A stretch of DNA of 64,000 nucleotides from an uncultured Alphaproteobacteria bacterium (GTDB taxonomy: Bacteria; Pseudomonadota; Alphaproteobacteria; UBA6615): contig CALSML010000001.1 of NCBI GenBank assembly GCA_943787445.1, positions 57,408-121,407 on the forward strand, written 5' to 3'. Both the position numbers and the translations under genes were made by a program. The notes beneath the pieces are model-generated. The model saw only the letters and a list, made by a program, of their open reading frames with translations. It had not been told where the DNA came from and made no database searches. This document shows positions 1 through 10,109 of the stretch, piece after piece (the first letter of the stretch is position 1; every line of letters begins with the position of its first letter).

Positions 1-2541
1 AACGATCCTGTAATCTCCTGGCCTCTCGCGCTGCGGCTGGCACGACGCGAGTTACGCGGCGGCACCCGCGGGTTCCGCATCTTCATCGCTTGTCTGGCTC
101 TGGGCGTGGCAGCCATCGCCGCTGTCGGATCGACCCGCGCGATGCTGGAAGAAAGCATCAGCACGGATTCACGCGAAATTCTGGGCGGGGACCTGCTCAT
201 CGACATTGTTCATCGTCCGGCCACACCGGACGAACGGAGCGCCATGGACGAATCCGGCATCGTTGCCGCCAGCGCTGAAATGCGGGCCATGGCGCGCGCC
301 GAGAATGCACGGGCCACCCGCACGCTGGTTGAACTCAAAACCGTTGAAGACACCTATCCCCTTTATGGCGCGCTCGAAACCGCACCGGCCCTGCCGCGGG
401 CGGCCCTGCTGGATCAAAGCAACGGCCTCTGGGGCGCGGCCGCCGCACCGGAGCTTCTCACCCGGCTCGGGATATCCGTGGGCGATGTTCTGCAGATCGG
501 CGACGCCCGTTTTGAGGTGCGCGCCGCCATCCGTCAGGAGCCGGACCGGGTCGGCGGGTCCGGGCTGTTCTCGCTCGGCCCCCGGGTTCTGATCTCCGCC
601 GCCGCCCTGCCCGACACCGCACTGGTCCAGCCGGGAAGTCTGATCCACTACAACTATCGGGTTCGCCTGCCCGCCAATGTCCCAGCGGGCGATTTCATCG
701 AGACCCTGAACACCGATTTCCCTGACGCCGGCTGGCGCATCCGGACCCTGGATGAATCCTCGCCGCAACTGACCCGGCTGATCGGCCGGGTCACCCTGTT
801 TCTCTCCTTTGTCGGCCTGACCGCCCTGCTGGTCGGCGGGGTTGGTGTCGCCAATGCCGTACGCGCCTGGCTGGAAGGCAAAACGGGCTCCATCGCCACC
901 CTGAAATGTATCGGTGCGCCACGGGCGCTTGTCTTCCGGGTCTATCTTCTGCAGGTGCTCGCGCTGGCGATGCTCGGCATCACAGCCGGCCTGGTCGGCG
1001 GTGCGGCGCTGCCCATGGTGGCGGCCGACCTGCTGGCGCGGGTGGTGCCCATCCGGATTGCGACCGGTCTGTTCCCCGAACCGCTTGCCATCGCAGCCCT
1101 GTTCGGTCTGCTGACGGCGCTGACATTCTCCGTCTGGTCGATCGCGCGCGCCGGTGACGTTCCCGCGGGCAGCCTGTTTCGCACGCTGGTGGATCCAAGC
1201 CGGGGATGGCCCCGCCTTCCCTACATATTGTTCACCGCCGTGCTCGCGGCCGCTCTGGCGGCACTTGCGATCCTCACGGCCTCGGATGCGTGGTTTGCCA
1301 GCTGGTTCGTGGCCGGTTCCATTGGCGCCATGATCGCATTCCGGCTGGCCGCATTCGGCATCGCCAGATTCGCTGCCCGCCTGACCGGTATCCGCCATCC
1401 CGCCATGCGACTGGCGCTTGCTGGACTGCACCGGCCCGGCGCGCCGACCGCTTCGGTGGTCCTGTCTCTGGGTCTGGGCCTGTCGATGCTGGTCACGGTG
1501 GCGACCATCGAAGGCAATCTGTCCCAACAGATTGCCGAGGAACTGCCCGCCGATGCGCCGGCCTTCTTCTTCGTCGATATCCAGCCCGACCAGATCGCTC
1601 CCTTCGGCACAATCATCGGCGACATCCCCGGTGTGACGCGCAGCGAGCAAGTCCCCATGCTGCGGGGGCGAATCACCGCCATTGATGGCGTGCGCGCCGC
1701 CGACGCCACCGTCGCACCGGACGCCCGCTGGGTTCTGCGTGGCGATCGCGGCATCACTTGGGCCAGCGCAGCACCGGCCCACAACAAGATCATGACCGGC
1801 GAATGGTGGCCGGCCGACTACACCGGAGAAATGCTGGTCAGTCTTGATCACCGCATCGCTCTCGGGCTGGGGCTGACAATCGGCGAAACAATCACGGTCA
1901 ACATCCTCGGACGGGAGTTCACCGCAACCATTGCCAACACCAGACAGATCAACTGGCAACGGCTGTCGATCAACTTCGTGATGGTCTTTTCCCCCGGTGT
2001 GCTGGAATCAGCGCCCCGCATGCACATTGCCGTGGTGCATGCCGATGAAGCCACCGAAGACAGGCTCGAACGCGCAGTGACCGACCGGTTTGCCAATGTG
2101 ACATCGATCCGGGTGCGCGGGGCGCTCGAAACCGTAGGCGCCCTGATCAGCAATGTCGGCACCGCGGTGCGCCTGACCGCCCTGATCACGATTCTGGCCG
2201 GAACACTGGTCCTGTCCGGGGCCATCGCGGCCGGCCACCGGCGCCGCATCTATGACCGCGTGGTTCTGAAGGTCCTCGGTGCGACCCGCCGTGATATCGT
2301 CACGGCCTATATGCTGGAATACGGCCTGCTGGGGCTGGTCACCGCCATCATCGCGGCGATTGTCGGCAGCGTGACCGGGTGGGCCGTGGTGACCTGGATG
2401 CTGAGTATCACCTGGCGTCTGGAACCCGGCGCCATTCTGGTCACGACGGTGATTGCCACCTTGATCACCATCGGCGCCGGACTGGTTGGCACATGGCGTG
2501 CGATGGGGCAGAAAGCAGCACCATGGTTGCGCAACGAATAA
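1..2541 (+). CDS. ABC transporter permease, FtsX-like (YbbP type); 5' end lies outside the window
   Basis: Frame is open from base 1 (..LARRELRGGTRGFRIFIACLALGVAAIA..). It has two FtsX-like TM blocks with the motifs LKCIGA, FFFVDIQPDQ and VLKVLGATR. Confidence 0.9.
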   Translation, partial: NDPVISWPLALRLARRELRGGTRGFRIFIACLALGVAAIAAVGSTRAMLEESISTDSREILGGDLLIDIVHRPATPDERSAMDESGIVAASAEMRAMARAENARATRTLVELKTVEDTYPLYGALETAPALPRAALLDQSNGLWGAAAAPELLTRLGISVGDVLQIGDARFEVRAAIRQEPDRVGGSGLFSLGPRVLISAAALPDTALVQPGSLIHYNYRVRLPANVPAGDFIETLNTDFPDAGWRIRTLDESSPQLTRLIGRVTLFLSFVGLTALLVGGVGVANAVRAWLEGKTGSIATLKCIGAPRALVFRVYLLQVLALAMLGITAGLVGGAALPMVAADLLARVVPIRIATGLFPEPLAIAALFGLLTALTFSVWSIARAGDVPAGSLFRTLVDPSRGWPRLPYILFTAVLAAALAALAILTASDAWFASWFVAGSIGAMIAFRLAAFGIARFAARLTGIRHPAMRLALAGLHRPGAPTASVVLSLGLGLSMLVTVATIEGNLSQQIAEELPADAPAFFFVDIQPDQIAPFGTIIGDIPGVTRSEQVPMLRGRITAIDGVRAADATVAPDARWVLRGDRGITWASAAPAHNKIMTGEWWPADYTGEMLVSLDHRIALGLGLTIGETITVNILGREFTATIANTRQINWQRLSINFVMVFSPGVLESAPRMHIAVVHADEATEDRLERAVTDRFANVTSIRVRGALETVGALISNVGTAVRLTALITILAGTLVLSGAIAAGHRRRIYDRVVLKVLGATRRDIVTAYMLEYGLLGLVTAIIAAIVGSVTGWAVVTWMLSITWRLEPGAILVTTVIATLITIGAGLVGTWRAMGQKAAPWLRNE

Positions 2542-2559
2542 CGTTTCAGGGGAAGACGT

Positions 2560-3363
2560 GTGACAAACAACGACCGCGACGACCAGATACCGATTGAGCC
2601 ACGGCCGCCGCTCCACCCGCCCAGGGTTCACACCATGAGCATGGGGCATATTCCGCTGACATTTCTGGTCACCGGCTCGGCCTCGTTCATCTATGCCGTT
2701 GCCTTTGGCCTCGGCAATGCACCACCCACCGCCAGCATGATTATCCTGATCATCCTGCTGGTTCTCTCGGCACTGGCGCCAAAGTCCAGGACATCGGCAA
2801 AGATCACCGATGAAGGACCGGCATTTGCACGGACCCTGACAACCGGCACCCGCTTCACCCTCGTCCGGGTGGCGATCACCTGCCTGCTGGGCGGGCTGGC
2901 CATCCTGCCCACAGCCAGCGACCAGCCGACCGCCGTGTTGTGGTCGCTTGTGGTCTTCGGGATGGGGGCTGCTTTGCTGGAAACCAGCGACAACTGGCTG
3001 GCCCGGATCACCGGCTCGCGCAGCCTCTACAGTGATCGTTTGAGCAACATGACCGGTGCCTTTTTCGCGCTCATACTAGCCTTGCTGCCGATGCAGCTGG
3101 GCCTGATCGACAACAGGGTGATCGCCGCCGGGGTGCTCGGCTTTGCGGATGTGGCCCTGTCACAACGCGGCGCAAAAGGTGAAACACCCCTCTGGCAGAT
3201 CTGGAGCCGGCTGCTTGCACGCGGACTGATGCTCGCCATTCTGGTTCCGCTCAGCCCCGATTGGACACCCCCGGTTCTGGCCGGTCTGGCCAGTCTGATC
3301 CTGTTCTACCATGTGGTTCTGGCCCTTCGGACGCAGAAGAACCCGGCGAAACCGCAAAACTGA
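2560..3363 (+). CDS. Membrane protein resembling CDP-alcohol phosphatidyltransferases, with a degenerate catalytic motif
   Basis: Multiple TM segments. ETSDNWLAR..SLYSDRLSNMTG aligns by eye to DxxDGxxAR..GxxxDxxxD but lacks most of the Asp and Gly residues. Confidence 0.5.
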   Translation: MTNNDRDDQIPIEPRPPLHPPRVHTMSMGHIPLTFLVTGSASFIYAVAFGLGNAPPTASMIILIILLVLSALAPKSRTSAKITDEGPAFARTLTTGTRFTLVRVAITCLLGGLAILPTASDQPTAVLWSLVVFGMGAALLETSDNWLARITGSRSLYSDRLSNMTGAFFALILALLPMQLGLIDNRVIAAGVLGFADVALSQRGAKGETPLWQIWSRLLARGLMLAILVPLSPDWTPPVLAGLASLILFYHVVLALRTQKNPAKPQN

Positions 3364-3416
3364 TCGATTTCAGGCATTTACTTCACTGAAATCACGAAAA
3401 ATCCAACGGGTTCCCG

Positions 3417-3445
3417 GTTGATTTGAACCGGGAGCCATCCCATAT
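3417..3445 (+). promoter_or_regulatory. Possible RpoH (sigma32)-type promoter for the BI-1/YccA gene
   Basis: GTTG-N18-CCCATAT resembles the alphaproteobacterial CTTG-N17/18-CCTATAT consensus. It overlaps a 7-bp inverted repeat (cccggtt 3413-3419 / aaccggg 3426-3432). Confidence 0.4.
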
Positions 3446-3499
3446 TTGCATCACAGACTTGAAGTTTAAGCAGGGGAGCCCCGAAAGGGACACAACACC

Positions 3500-4246
3500 A
3501 TGGCGAACGAATTCAATCGCGAGTCGGTCATACAGGGCCGCACCGCATCCGACGCACAGATCGATGAGGGCCTCCGGTCCTATATGCTGCGTGTCTACAA
3601 CTACATGACCATTGGTCTCGTACTCACGGGCCTGACGGCCTATGTGGTCTCGAGCACACCGGCACTGTTGCAGCTGTTCTATGCACAGAACGCGCTGGGT
3701 CAGCTTCAGCCGACCATGCTGGCCTATGTGGCGATGTTCTCGCCATTCGCCTTCATACTGGCTCTGAGTTTTGGCATTCAGCGCATGAGCGCCTCAACGG
3801 CACAGCTCGTATTCTGGCTATTCGCGGCTGTCATGGGTCTGTCGATGTCCCACATCTTCCTGACCTTCACAGGAGCCAGCATCACACGGGTGTTTTTCAT
3901 CACGGCCTCCACATTCGCCGCAATGAGCCTGTATGGATACACCACAAAGCGTGATCTTTCGGGCCTGGGATCATTCCTTTTCATGGGACTGATCGGCATC
4001 ATTCTGGCGAGCATCGTGAATATTTTCATCGGTTCCACGGTGATGCAGTTCGCGATTTCCGTGATTGGTGTTCTGGTCTTCGTTGGTCTCACCGCCTACG
4101 ACACCCAGAAAATCAAGGAAATGTATGACGAGCTCGACGGGTCCGAAGTCGCCGGCAAAAAGGCGATCATGGGCGCATTGCGGCTCTATCTCGATTTCAT
4201 CAACCTGTTCATGATGCTGCTGCACCTGTTCGGCAATCGCGAATAG
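3500..4246 (+). CDS. Bax inhibitor-1/YccA family membrane protein
   Basis: Motifs IDEGLRSYMLRVYNYM, YGYTTKRDLS, LTAYDTQKIK and GALRLYLDFINLF. Confidence 0.95.
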   Translation: MANEFNRESVIQGRTASDAQIDEGLRSYMLRVYNYMTIGLVLTGLTAYVVSSTPALLQLFYAQNALGQLQPTMLAYVAMFSPFAFILALSFGIQRMSASTAQLVFWLFAAVMGLSMSHIFLTFTGASITRVFFITASTFAAMSLYGYTTKRDLSGLGSFLFMGLIGIILASIVNIFIGSTVMQFAISVIGVLVFVGLTAYDTQKIKEMYDELDGSEVAGKKAIMGALRLYLDFINLFMMLLHLFGNRE

Positions 4247-4268
4247 ACGCACAAAATCACACACTACC

Positions 4269-4302
4269 AAACGCCCGGGCCATGTCCCGGGCGTTTTCTT
4301 TT
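4269..4302 (+). terminator. Rho-independent terminator
   Basis: aaacgcccggg-loop-cccgggcgttt followed by tctttt, just after the BI-1 stop. Confidence 0.8.
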
Positions 4303-4352
4303 GGGCGCGCGCGCGTCAATATCCGTGTAAGAAACAAATATCGGAGGGAACC

Positions 4353-5117
4353 ATGTCCGGCCTGAAAGACAAGATCGTGATACTGACCGGTGCAAGCCGG
4401 GGTATTGGCGCCGCAGTAGCACGGGAAATGGCCCCCGATGGGCCACACCTCATTTTGTGCGCGCGCACAGCAGAAGCCTGTGAAGAAACCCAGGCCGCTG
4501 TCGAAGCCCTTGGGGCCACACCCGAATGCCACGGCTTCGAAGTCGCGGACACAGAAGTCACGAAAGCCTTCATCGATGACGTGGTGGCCCGCCATGGCCA
4601 TGTCGATGTGTTGATCAACAATGCCGGGCTGGGTTTCATGGGCTCCGTCCAGGACGTGCCACCGCCAGCCTATCATGAAGTCCTGCAGGTCAACGTGCTG
4701 GGGCCCTACAACCTGATCGCCGCAGTTCTGCCCCACATGACCGCGCGAGATTCCGGCACCATCATCAACGTGACAAGCGCACGCGCCTTCATCCCGGACC
4801 GGTACTACGCGGCCTATTGCTCTTCCAAGGCCGCCCTGCTTTCGATGACCCAGTGCCTGCACTACGATCTGGAAGATTCCGCGGTCCAGATATTCGCCCT
4901 GTCACCAGGTTTCACTCAGACCGACATGGTGGAAGCCATCTATTCCAACAGCGAATTCCGTGCCGCCGCCCTGACCCCCGATCAGGGGCAACCCCCTGAA
5001 CGTCCGGCCAAGGTTCTGGCCTGGCTGGCCCGGGAGGCCCCGGCTGATCTGGCTGGCCAGCACAACCAGATTCAGTTCAACGATCTGACCCGCCGCGCCG
5101 GGATCGAAAACGTCTAG
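4353..5117 (+). CDS. Short-chain dehydrogenase/reductase
   Basis: TGASRGIG, NNAG and the catalytic YCSSK motif; GGAGGG RBS. Confidence 0.92.
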   Translation: MSGLKDKIVILTGASRGIGAAVAREMAPDGPHLILCARTAEACEETQAAVEALGATPECHGFEVADTEVTKAFIDDVVARHGHVDVLINNAGLGFMGSVQDVPPPAYHEVLQVNVLGPYNLIAAVLPHMTARDSGTIINVTSARAFIPDRYYAAYCSSKAALLSMTQCLHYDLEDSAVQIFALSPGFTQTDMVEAIYSNSEFRAAALTPDQGQPPERPAKVLAWLAREAPADLAGQHNQIQFNDLTRRAGIENV

Positions 5118-5201
5118 CGACCCGAGACATGTCAGTTCTGTCATGAACCCGCGACGTTCTTTCGTCGACATGCTCGACCATCACCCGGGCAGTCTTCCGC
5201 C

Positions 5202-6332
5202 GTGCTGGCCGGAAAGGCGCTGCATCAGGCCTGTGTACTGATGCAGGCCGATGGCGGCGTGCTGTATCTGCTGCGTCACGAGCAGGGGAAAACTAGTCTC
5301 GTCCGGGCGGCTGCCCTGCCCGAATTAGCAGATCAGCCCGACAACATTCCGATCGACCGCCCAGCCATTTCGACAATCGTTGCCCAGACAGGTTCGACCT
5401 TGAAGTTCGATGATGCCACCGCCACCGAAGCGACGGCCATGATCGATCCGGATACGGATTTGCCCCCGGGCATGGAGTCAGGCGCGATTGCAGCCTTCGC
5501 CCTGACGAACCACGCCCGGGATGTGGTTGGCGTGGTGACCCTGAGCAACGATCTTTCCTCTGACCGCGCCTTTGCTCATGAATCCAAGGACCTGATCGCA
5601 CGCTTCAACCGGCTGGCCGGGGCCGCCGTGGAGCGCGCCGACCTGCTCGACCAGATCGGCCAGATTCGCTTTGACCCGACCGAGCGCAATGATCGCCTGC
5701 GCCGACAGGTCGAAAAACTGGCCTTCATCGAAGACATCGATGGCGTCCGCGGCGACGATGCCTTTCGCCTGGCAATTTCCATGCTCGCCCGCGCCGCGGA
5801 GATTTACGATGAAGGCACCGGCAATCATGTTTTCCGGGTGAACGAGTACAGCCACTTTCTGGGTCAGACCCTGGGGATGGATGCGAACTACTGCCACCAG
5901 CTGCGCTATTCGGCCCAGCTCCACGATGTGGGGAAAATCGGTGTCGCACCGGCCGTCCTGCGCAAGACCACCGCCCTCAATGCCGAAGAGCGCCGCGAAA
6001 TGGACAACCACACGGTCTATGGACACCGCATTCTCAGCCAGTCACCCCGTCTGGCGATGGCGGCCGAGATCGCTCTCAATCACCATGAAAAATGGGATGG
6101 CAGCGGCTATCCCGATGGCAAACGCGCCGACGAGATCCCGCTAGCAGCCCGCATCGTCCAGATCGCGGATATCTATGATGCGCTGCGGTCCCGGCGGCCC
6201 TACAAGCCATCCCTGGATCACGCCGAGGCCCGCAACATCATTCTGCATGGCGATGACCGGATCGACGTCGCCGGGCATTTCGACCCCCGGGTGGTCGAGG
6301 CCTTCGGCGACACCCATGAATCCTTCGACTAG
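5202..6332 (+). CDS. GAF + HD-GYP cyclic-dinucleotide phosphodiesterase; start uncertain, C-terminus possibly clipped by a premature TAG
   Basis: TGNHVFRV, LHDVGKIG, HHEKWDGSGYPDG, IADIYDAL and RRPYK motifs; N-terminal GAF-like segment. Confidence 0.85.
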   Translation: MLAGKALHQACVLMQADGGVLYLLRHEQGKTSLVRAAALPELADQPDNIPIDRPAISTIVAQTGSTLKFDDATATEATAMIDPDTDLPPGMESGAIAAFALTNHARDVVGVVTLSNDLSSDRAFAHESKDLIARFNRLAGAAVERADLLDQIGQIRFDPTERNDRLRRQVEKLAFIEDIDGVRGDDAFRLAISMLARAAEIYDEGTGNHVFRVNEYSHFLGQTLGMDANYCHQLRYSAQLHDVGKIGVAPAVLRKTTALNAEERREMDNHTVYGHRILSQSPRLAMAAEIALNHHEKWDGSGYPDGKRADEIPLAARIVQIADIYDALRSRRPYKPSLDHAEARNIILHGDDRIDVAGHFDPRVVEAFGDTHESFD

Positions 6333-6366
6333 ATCTGGTGCGACCTTCAGGACGCGTGACCGCCCC

Positions 6367-7419
6367 CTAATCTGTGGGTGACAGATTCGTGCCCACGCGT
6401 TTCTTCATCTCGCGCGGTTTGCGGTACACAGCCGAGGACCGCAGCACCGGCTCCCCATCGGCGTAGGAAATCGCCTCCACGAAATTTATCGTCCGGGTGC
6501 TCTTCACCAGACGCACATCGCATTCGACCCACTGGCCGGGATGGATCGGGGCCAGAAAATCCGCATCCAGATGGATCGTGGGCGTGAGCGCCACCACGCC
6601 GAGTTCGTAAAGCGCGGACTGGGCCATGGCCACATCCACGAAACTGGTCATCCAGCCGCCATGCACGACATTGCGGGGATTGAGGTGATGGGCCGCCACC
6701 CGGAAGCCGAACACCGCCTTCTTCTTCCCACACTTCACGAAGAGCGGGCCGTTGAGGCTGGTGAAGGGACTGGTGAAGGAGAATGGCTCGAACCCACGGG
6801 GCACCTTCACGGCGTTCTTCAGGCGGAACTCCATGTGGTCGAGACGGTCCGCACCCCAGAAGGTTTCTCCGTCCAGCACCATGAAGGGCGCGCCGAACAT
6901 ACCGTCACCGATCGCCCGGTCGAATGCCGCCGCCAGGGCTTTTTCTGCCTGCTTGTCGTTCTCGGCGGCCTTGATGTCTTTAATGGTCAACTGCACGCCC
7001 CGCGCCTTGCAGGCACTGGCGAGCTGGGTGGCCGTGCGAACTTCCTGTCCCGTGCCGAAATAGCGGTGATCGACGGCCTTTGCGAATTCCTTGGCCAGCT
7101 CCGGGTCCTTCCGGTTCAGGCGCCAGAAGACCAGCCGGTGCAGGGTTGCCCCATAAGGCGGCACTTTTGGCGGAAAGGGTGAGGCCACCGGCAGATTGTT
7201 CATCTCGCACAGGCGCGGCAGATCCTTTACATTGTGCGCGAACTTCGCGGCTTGATCGCGCGGGGAGATCACCTTGCGATGGGCCAGCACATCGGGCAAC
7301 GACACACAGTTCCACTCCACCTCCCGCCCCCAGCGTTTGGCGAGCGCTTCGATATTGTTCATCGCCACATAGGAATAGGCCGACACGAAATCGAAATAGA
7401 ACTTGATCGGGGTTGCCAT
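6367..7419 (-). CDS. Fusion of a 2-hydroxychromene-2-carboxylate isomerase (DsbA/kappa-GST) domain and a PaaI-type hotdog thioesterase
   Basis: N-terminal FYFDFVSAYSY..GMFGAPFMVLDGETFWGADR; C-terminal HLNPRNVVHGGWMTSFVD. ATG at 7419 has a GGAG RBS. Confidence 0.85.
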   Translation of the reverse strand: MATPIKFYFDFVSAYSYVAMNNIEALAKRWGREVEWNCVSLPDVLAHRKVISPRDQAAKFAHNVKDLPRLCEMNNLPVASPFPPKVPPYGATLHRLVFWRLNRKDPELAKEFAKAVDHRYFGTGQEVRTATQLASACKARGVQLTIKDIKAAENDKQAEKALAAAFDRAIGDGMFGAPFMVLDGETFWGADRLDHMEFRLKNAVKVPRGFEPFSFTSPFTSLNGPLFVKCGKKKAVFGFRVAAHHLNPRNVVHGGWMTSFVDVAMAQSALYELGVVALTPTIHLDADFLAPIHPGQWVECDVRLVKSTRTINFVEAISYADGEPVLRSSAVYRKPREMKKRVGTNLSPTD

Positions 7420-7487
7420 GAAAATTCTCCAAAACCTGTATTCTGAAAGGCCTGTCTGTGCCGGGAGGCCGCCGAGCCGGAAGCTCT

Positions 7488-8642
7488 TCAGGCGTCCCGG
7501 TATTCGCTGATCTGAGGCTCGCGGCGCACCAGCCACCAGCCATATTGCTCGGGCCAGTCCGCAAATTCGGGGTCCGCACCCAGCTTGTGTGCGGCGTGCC
7601 GCCCCCAGTAGGGATCGAACAGGGCTTCGCGCCCGATCGCGACCAGATCGGCCTGCCCATCAGCGACAATCGTTTCGGCATGTTCGGCGTGGATCACCAG
7701 CCCGACCACCATGGTCGTGACATCCGCCTCTGTTCCGATACGCGAAGAATAGGCGGTGCGGAAGCCGAGTGGTGTTTTGCCCTGAGCGGCTGTGGCCGGC
7801 CCGGAGATCCCGCTCGACGAGCAATCGATCACATCAACACCGCGCGCCTTGAGTTCACCGACCAGAACGACGGAATCCTCAAGCTGCCAGCCCTCGGTCA
7901 CGCCGTCGGTGTCGACCGAGGAAATGCGCACGAAGAGCGGCTTGTCATCCGGCCAGACCGCGCGCACCTTCTCCGCCGTTTCCAGCGCAAAACGCATACG
8001 ACCGGCCCGGTCGCCGCCATAGGCATCATTGCGGTGGTTCGAAGTCGGCGAGAGGAAAGAATGAGAGAGATAGCCATGGGCGGAATGAATCTCGAGAACC
8101 TCAAACCCCGCATCGAGTGCGTGACCCGCGGCCGTGGCGAAGCGATCCTGAATGGCACCAATGTCCTCGATGGTGAGTTCACCGGGCATGATCCAGCCCT
8201 CGCGCACCGGTTCCGGACTGGGCGCAACAATCTCCCAGGGCATCTCGCCCCGTGCCGTGTCGCTGTCATCCATCGCCCCATTGCCGTGCCAGGGGCGCTG
8301 CATGCTCGCCTTGCGACCGGCATGGGCAATCTGGATCGCCGGCAGGGCGCCAAATCGGGCAATCGATGCCGTAACAGGCTTCAGCGCCCGGGCATGATCA
8401 GCCGACCAGATACCCAGATCGCCATGGGTAATCTTGCCACGCGGCTCCACCGCCGCAGCTTCGGTGAAGACGGCAGCCGCTCCGCCCATGGCGTATTGGC
8501 TGAGATGGATCATGTGCCAGTCACTGGCCAGACCGTCATCGGCGGAATAGGTGCACATGGGCGAAACCACGATGCGGTTCTTGAACGTGACACCACTGAC
8601 GGTCAGTGGAGAAAACAACGCGCTTGTCTGATGATCGGCCAC
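7488..8642 (-). CDS. NADH:flavin oxidoreductase (old yellow enzyme, YqjM/NamA-like)
   Basis: NRIVVSPMCTYSA, QIAHAGRKAS, EIHSAHGYL and NHRNDAYGG motifs. Confidence 0.93.
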   Translation of the reverse strand: MADHQTSALFSPLTVSGVTFKNRIVVSPMCTYSADDGLASDWHMIHLSQYAMGGAAAVFTEAAAVEPRGKITHGDLGIWSADHARALKPVTASIARFGALPAIQIAHAGRKASMQRPWHGNGAMDDSDTARGEMPWEIVAPSPEPVREGWIMPGELTIEDIGAIQDRFATAAGHALDAGFEVLEIHSAHGYLSHSFLSPTSNHRNDAYGGDRAGRMRFALETAEKVRAVWPDDKPLFVRISSVDTDGVTEGWQLEDSVVLVGELKARGVDVIDCSSSGISGPATAAQGKTPLGFRTAYSSRIGTEADVTTMVVGLVIHAEHAETIVADGQADLVAIGREALFDPYWGRHAAHKLGADPEFADWPEQYGWWLVRREPQISEYRDA

Positions 8643-8709
8643 GGGTGATTCCTTCGTGAATGTAGAAGGGCAGAAGGAACCGGTTGGCCGGCCTGCCCTG
8701 TCCGATGCG

Positions 8710-9642
8710 TTACTGGGATGACGTCTTCAGCACCTTGAGCAGTTTGAGCAGGGTCGCATCCCGCTCTTCGGCGAGCTGACCGATCGAGCGGCCCCGCGCT
8801 TCGGCATCGATACCGTCGATGATCTTCTGTTTGACCGCATCGGTGAGTTCGGGATCACCCAGCGCCTCCCAGCGGCGCTCCTGGCTCGGGCCCAGAATGT
8901 CGAGATAGCGGGCAATGCCACCATCGCCGCCGCCCAGATGATAGGTCATATGCGGACCCATGAAGGCCCAGCGCAGCCCCGGCCCGCCGGTGATCGCCTT
9001 GTCGATATCCTCAACCGTGGCATAGCCCTCGGCGACCAGATGCACCGCCTCGCGATAGAGTGCGGCCTGCAGCCGATTGACCAGATGGCCGGGAATTTCC
9101 GCCCGCAATCGGATCGGAGTCTTGCCAACGGCTTCGTAGAATTCCATTGCCCTGTCGACAGCCCAGGTCTCGGTCAGCTTGCCGCCGCCCACTTCGACGA
9201 CGGGCATCAGATGCGGTGGGTTGAACGGATGACCCAGCACAATGCGTCCCGGATGGGCCGCCTTGTGCTGATACTCCGAAACCGGCAGAGCGGTGGAACT
9301 GGATGAAATCACGACTTCGGGCGCGGTATCACGGTCGATCTCCGCCATCAGATTGGCCTTGATCTCGGCATTCTCCGGGCCGCTTTCCTGCACGAACCCA
9401 ACGCCGTCCAGCGCCTCTCCGATCCGATCGAAACACTGTAGCCGGTCCAGTGCGGCACCGTCTGCGAGACCCAGTTCCTCCAGCAGCGGCCAGACCCGGA
9501 CAATCAGGGATGTCACATTTTCCGCATAGCCATCCATCGGATCCCAGCACCGGACATTCAGGCCCTGAGCCAGAAAATACGCCGCCCAGGATGACCCAAT
9601 GGTGCCCGCACCAATGATTCCGACGGTGGTTACAGTCTTCAT
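8710..9642 (-). CDS. 3-hydroxyacyl-CoA dehydrogenase family (L-carnitine dehydrogenase/lambda-crystallin-like)
   Basis: GAGTIG, QESGPE, GHPFNPPHLMPVVEV, NRLQAAL and GPGLRWAFMGP motifs. Alternative start at 9657. Confidence 0.9.
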   Translation of the reverse strand: MKTVTTVGIIGAGTIGSSWAAYFLAQGLNVRCWDPMDGYAENVTSLIVRVWPLLEELGLADGAALDRLQCFDRIGEALDGVGFVQESGPENAEIKANLMAEIDRDTAPEVVISSSSTALPVSEYQHKAAHPGRIVLGHPFNPPHLMPVVEVGGGKLTETWAVDRAMEFYEAVGKTPIRLRAEIPGHLVNRLQAALYREAVHLVAEGYATVEDIDKAITGGPGLRWAFMGPHMTYHLGGGDGGIARYLDILGPSQERRWEALGDPELTDAVKQKIIDGIDAEARGRSIGQLAEERDATLLKLLKVLKTSSQ

Positions 9643-9707
9643 GTCACGTGACCTCATAGGTTTGGGTCAGGCTGTACTGAAGCCTGGGACAACAAAACAT
9701 CTGCCAA

Positions 9708-10109
9708 TTATGACGCAACAGGCGTTCCGGCAATGCCGCTGCGAAGATCCTTGGCGGTGAAGAAATGACAATCCTCTTCGGGTGAGATTCTCACACTGTG
9801 AACAACATTCGCCGGGATATAGATGAGCTGTCCCGGACCAACTTCGGATTCCTGTCCATCGACCGTGGCGCTCAGATTGCCTTTGAGGATGTAGATCCAC
9901 TGTTCGTTGGGATGGGTGTGGGGCAGCGATGACTGTCCGGCGGGCAAGGTCATGATGCCCACCTGGGTCAGTTCGCCCTCGACCACCGGACCAAAGGTCT
10001 CGGCGTAACCGGGCCCGGCATCCAGACCCTGCAATTTGTCGACATCAAACACGTACGCGCCATTGCCGGCCTTGTAGGCACCTTCGGTCTTGGTTTGCGT
10101 GTCAGCCAT
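9708..10109 (-). CDS. Cupin_2 domain protein
   Basis: HTHPNEQWIYILKG..YIPANVVHS; GGAG RBS before the ATG at 10109. Confidence 0.88.
   Translation of the reverse strand: MADTQTKTEGAYKAGNGAYVFDVDKLQGLDAGPGYAETFGPVVEGELTQVGIMTLPAGQSSLPHTHPNEQWIYILKGNLSATVDGQESEVGPGQLIYIPANVVHSVRISPEEDCHFFTAKDLRSGIAGTPVAS

Noticed and set aside
9708..10109. DMSP lyase (DddK/DddW-type cupin)
   Set aside because: Only generic cupin motifs are present, with no supporting acrylate or DMSP genes.
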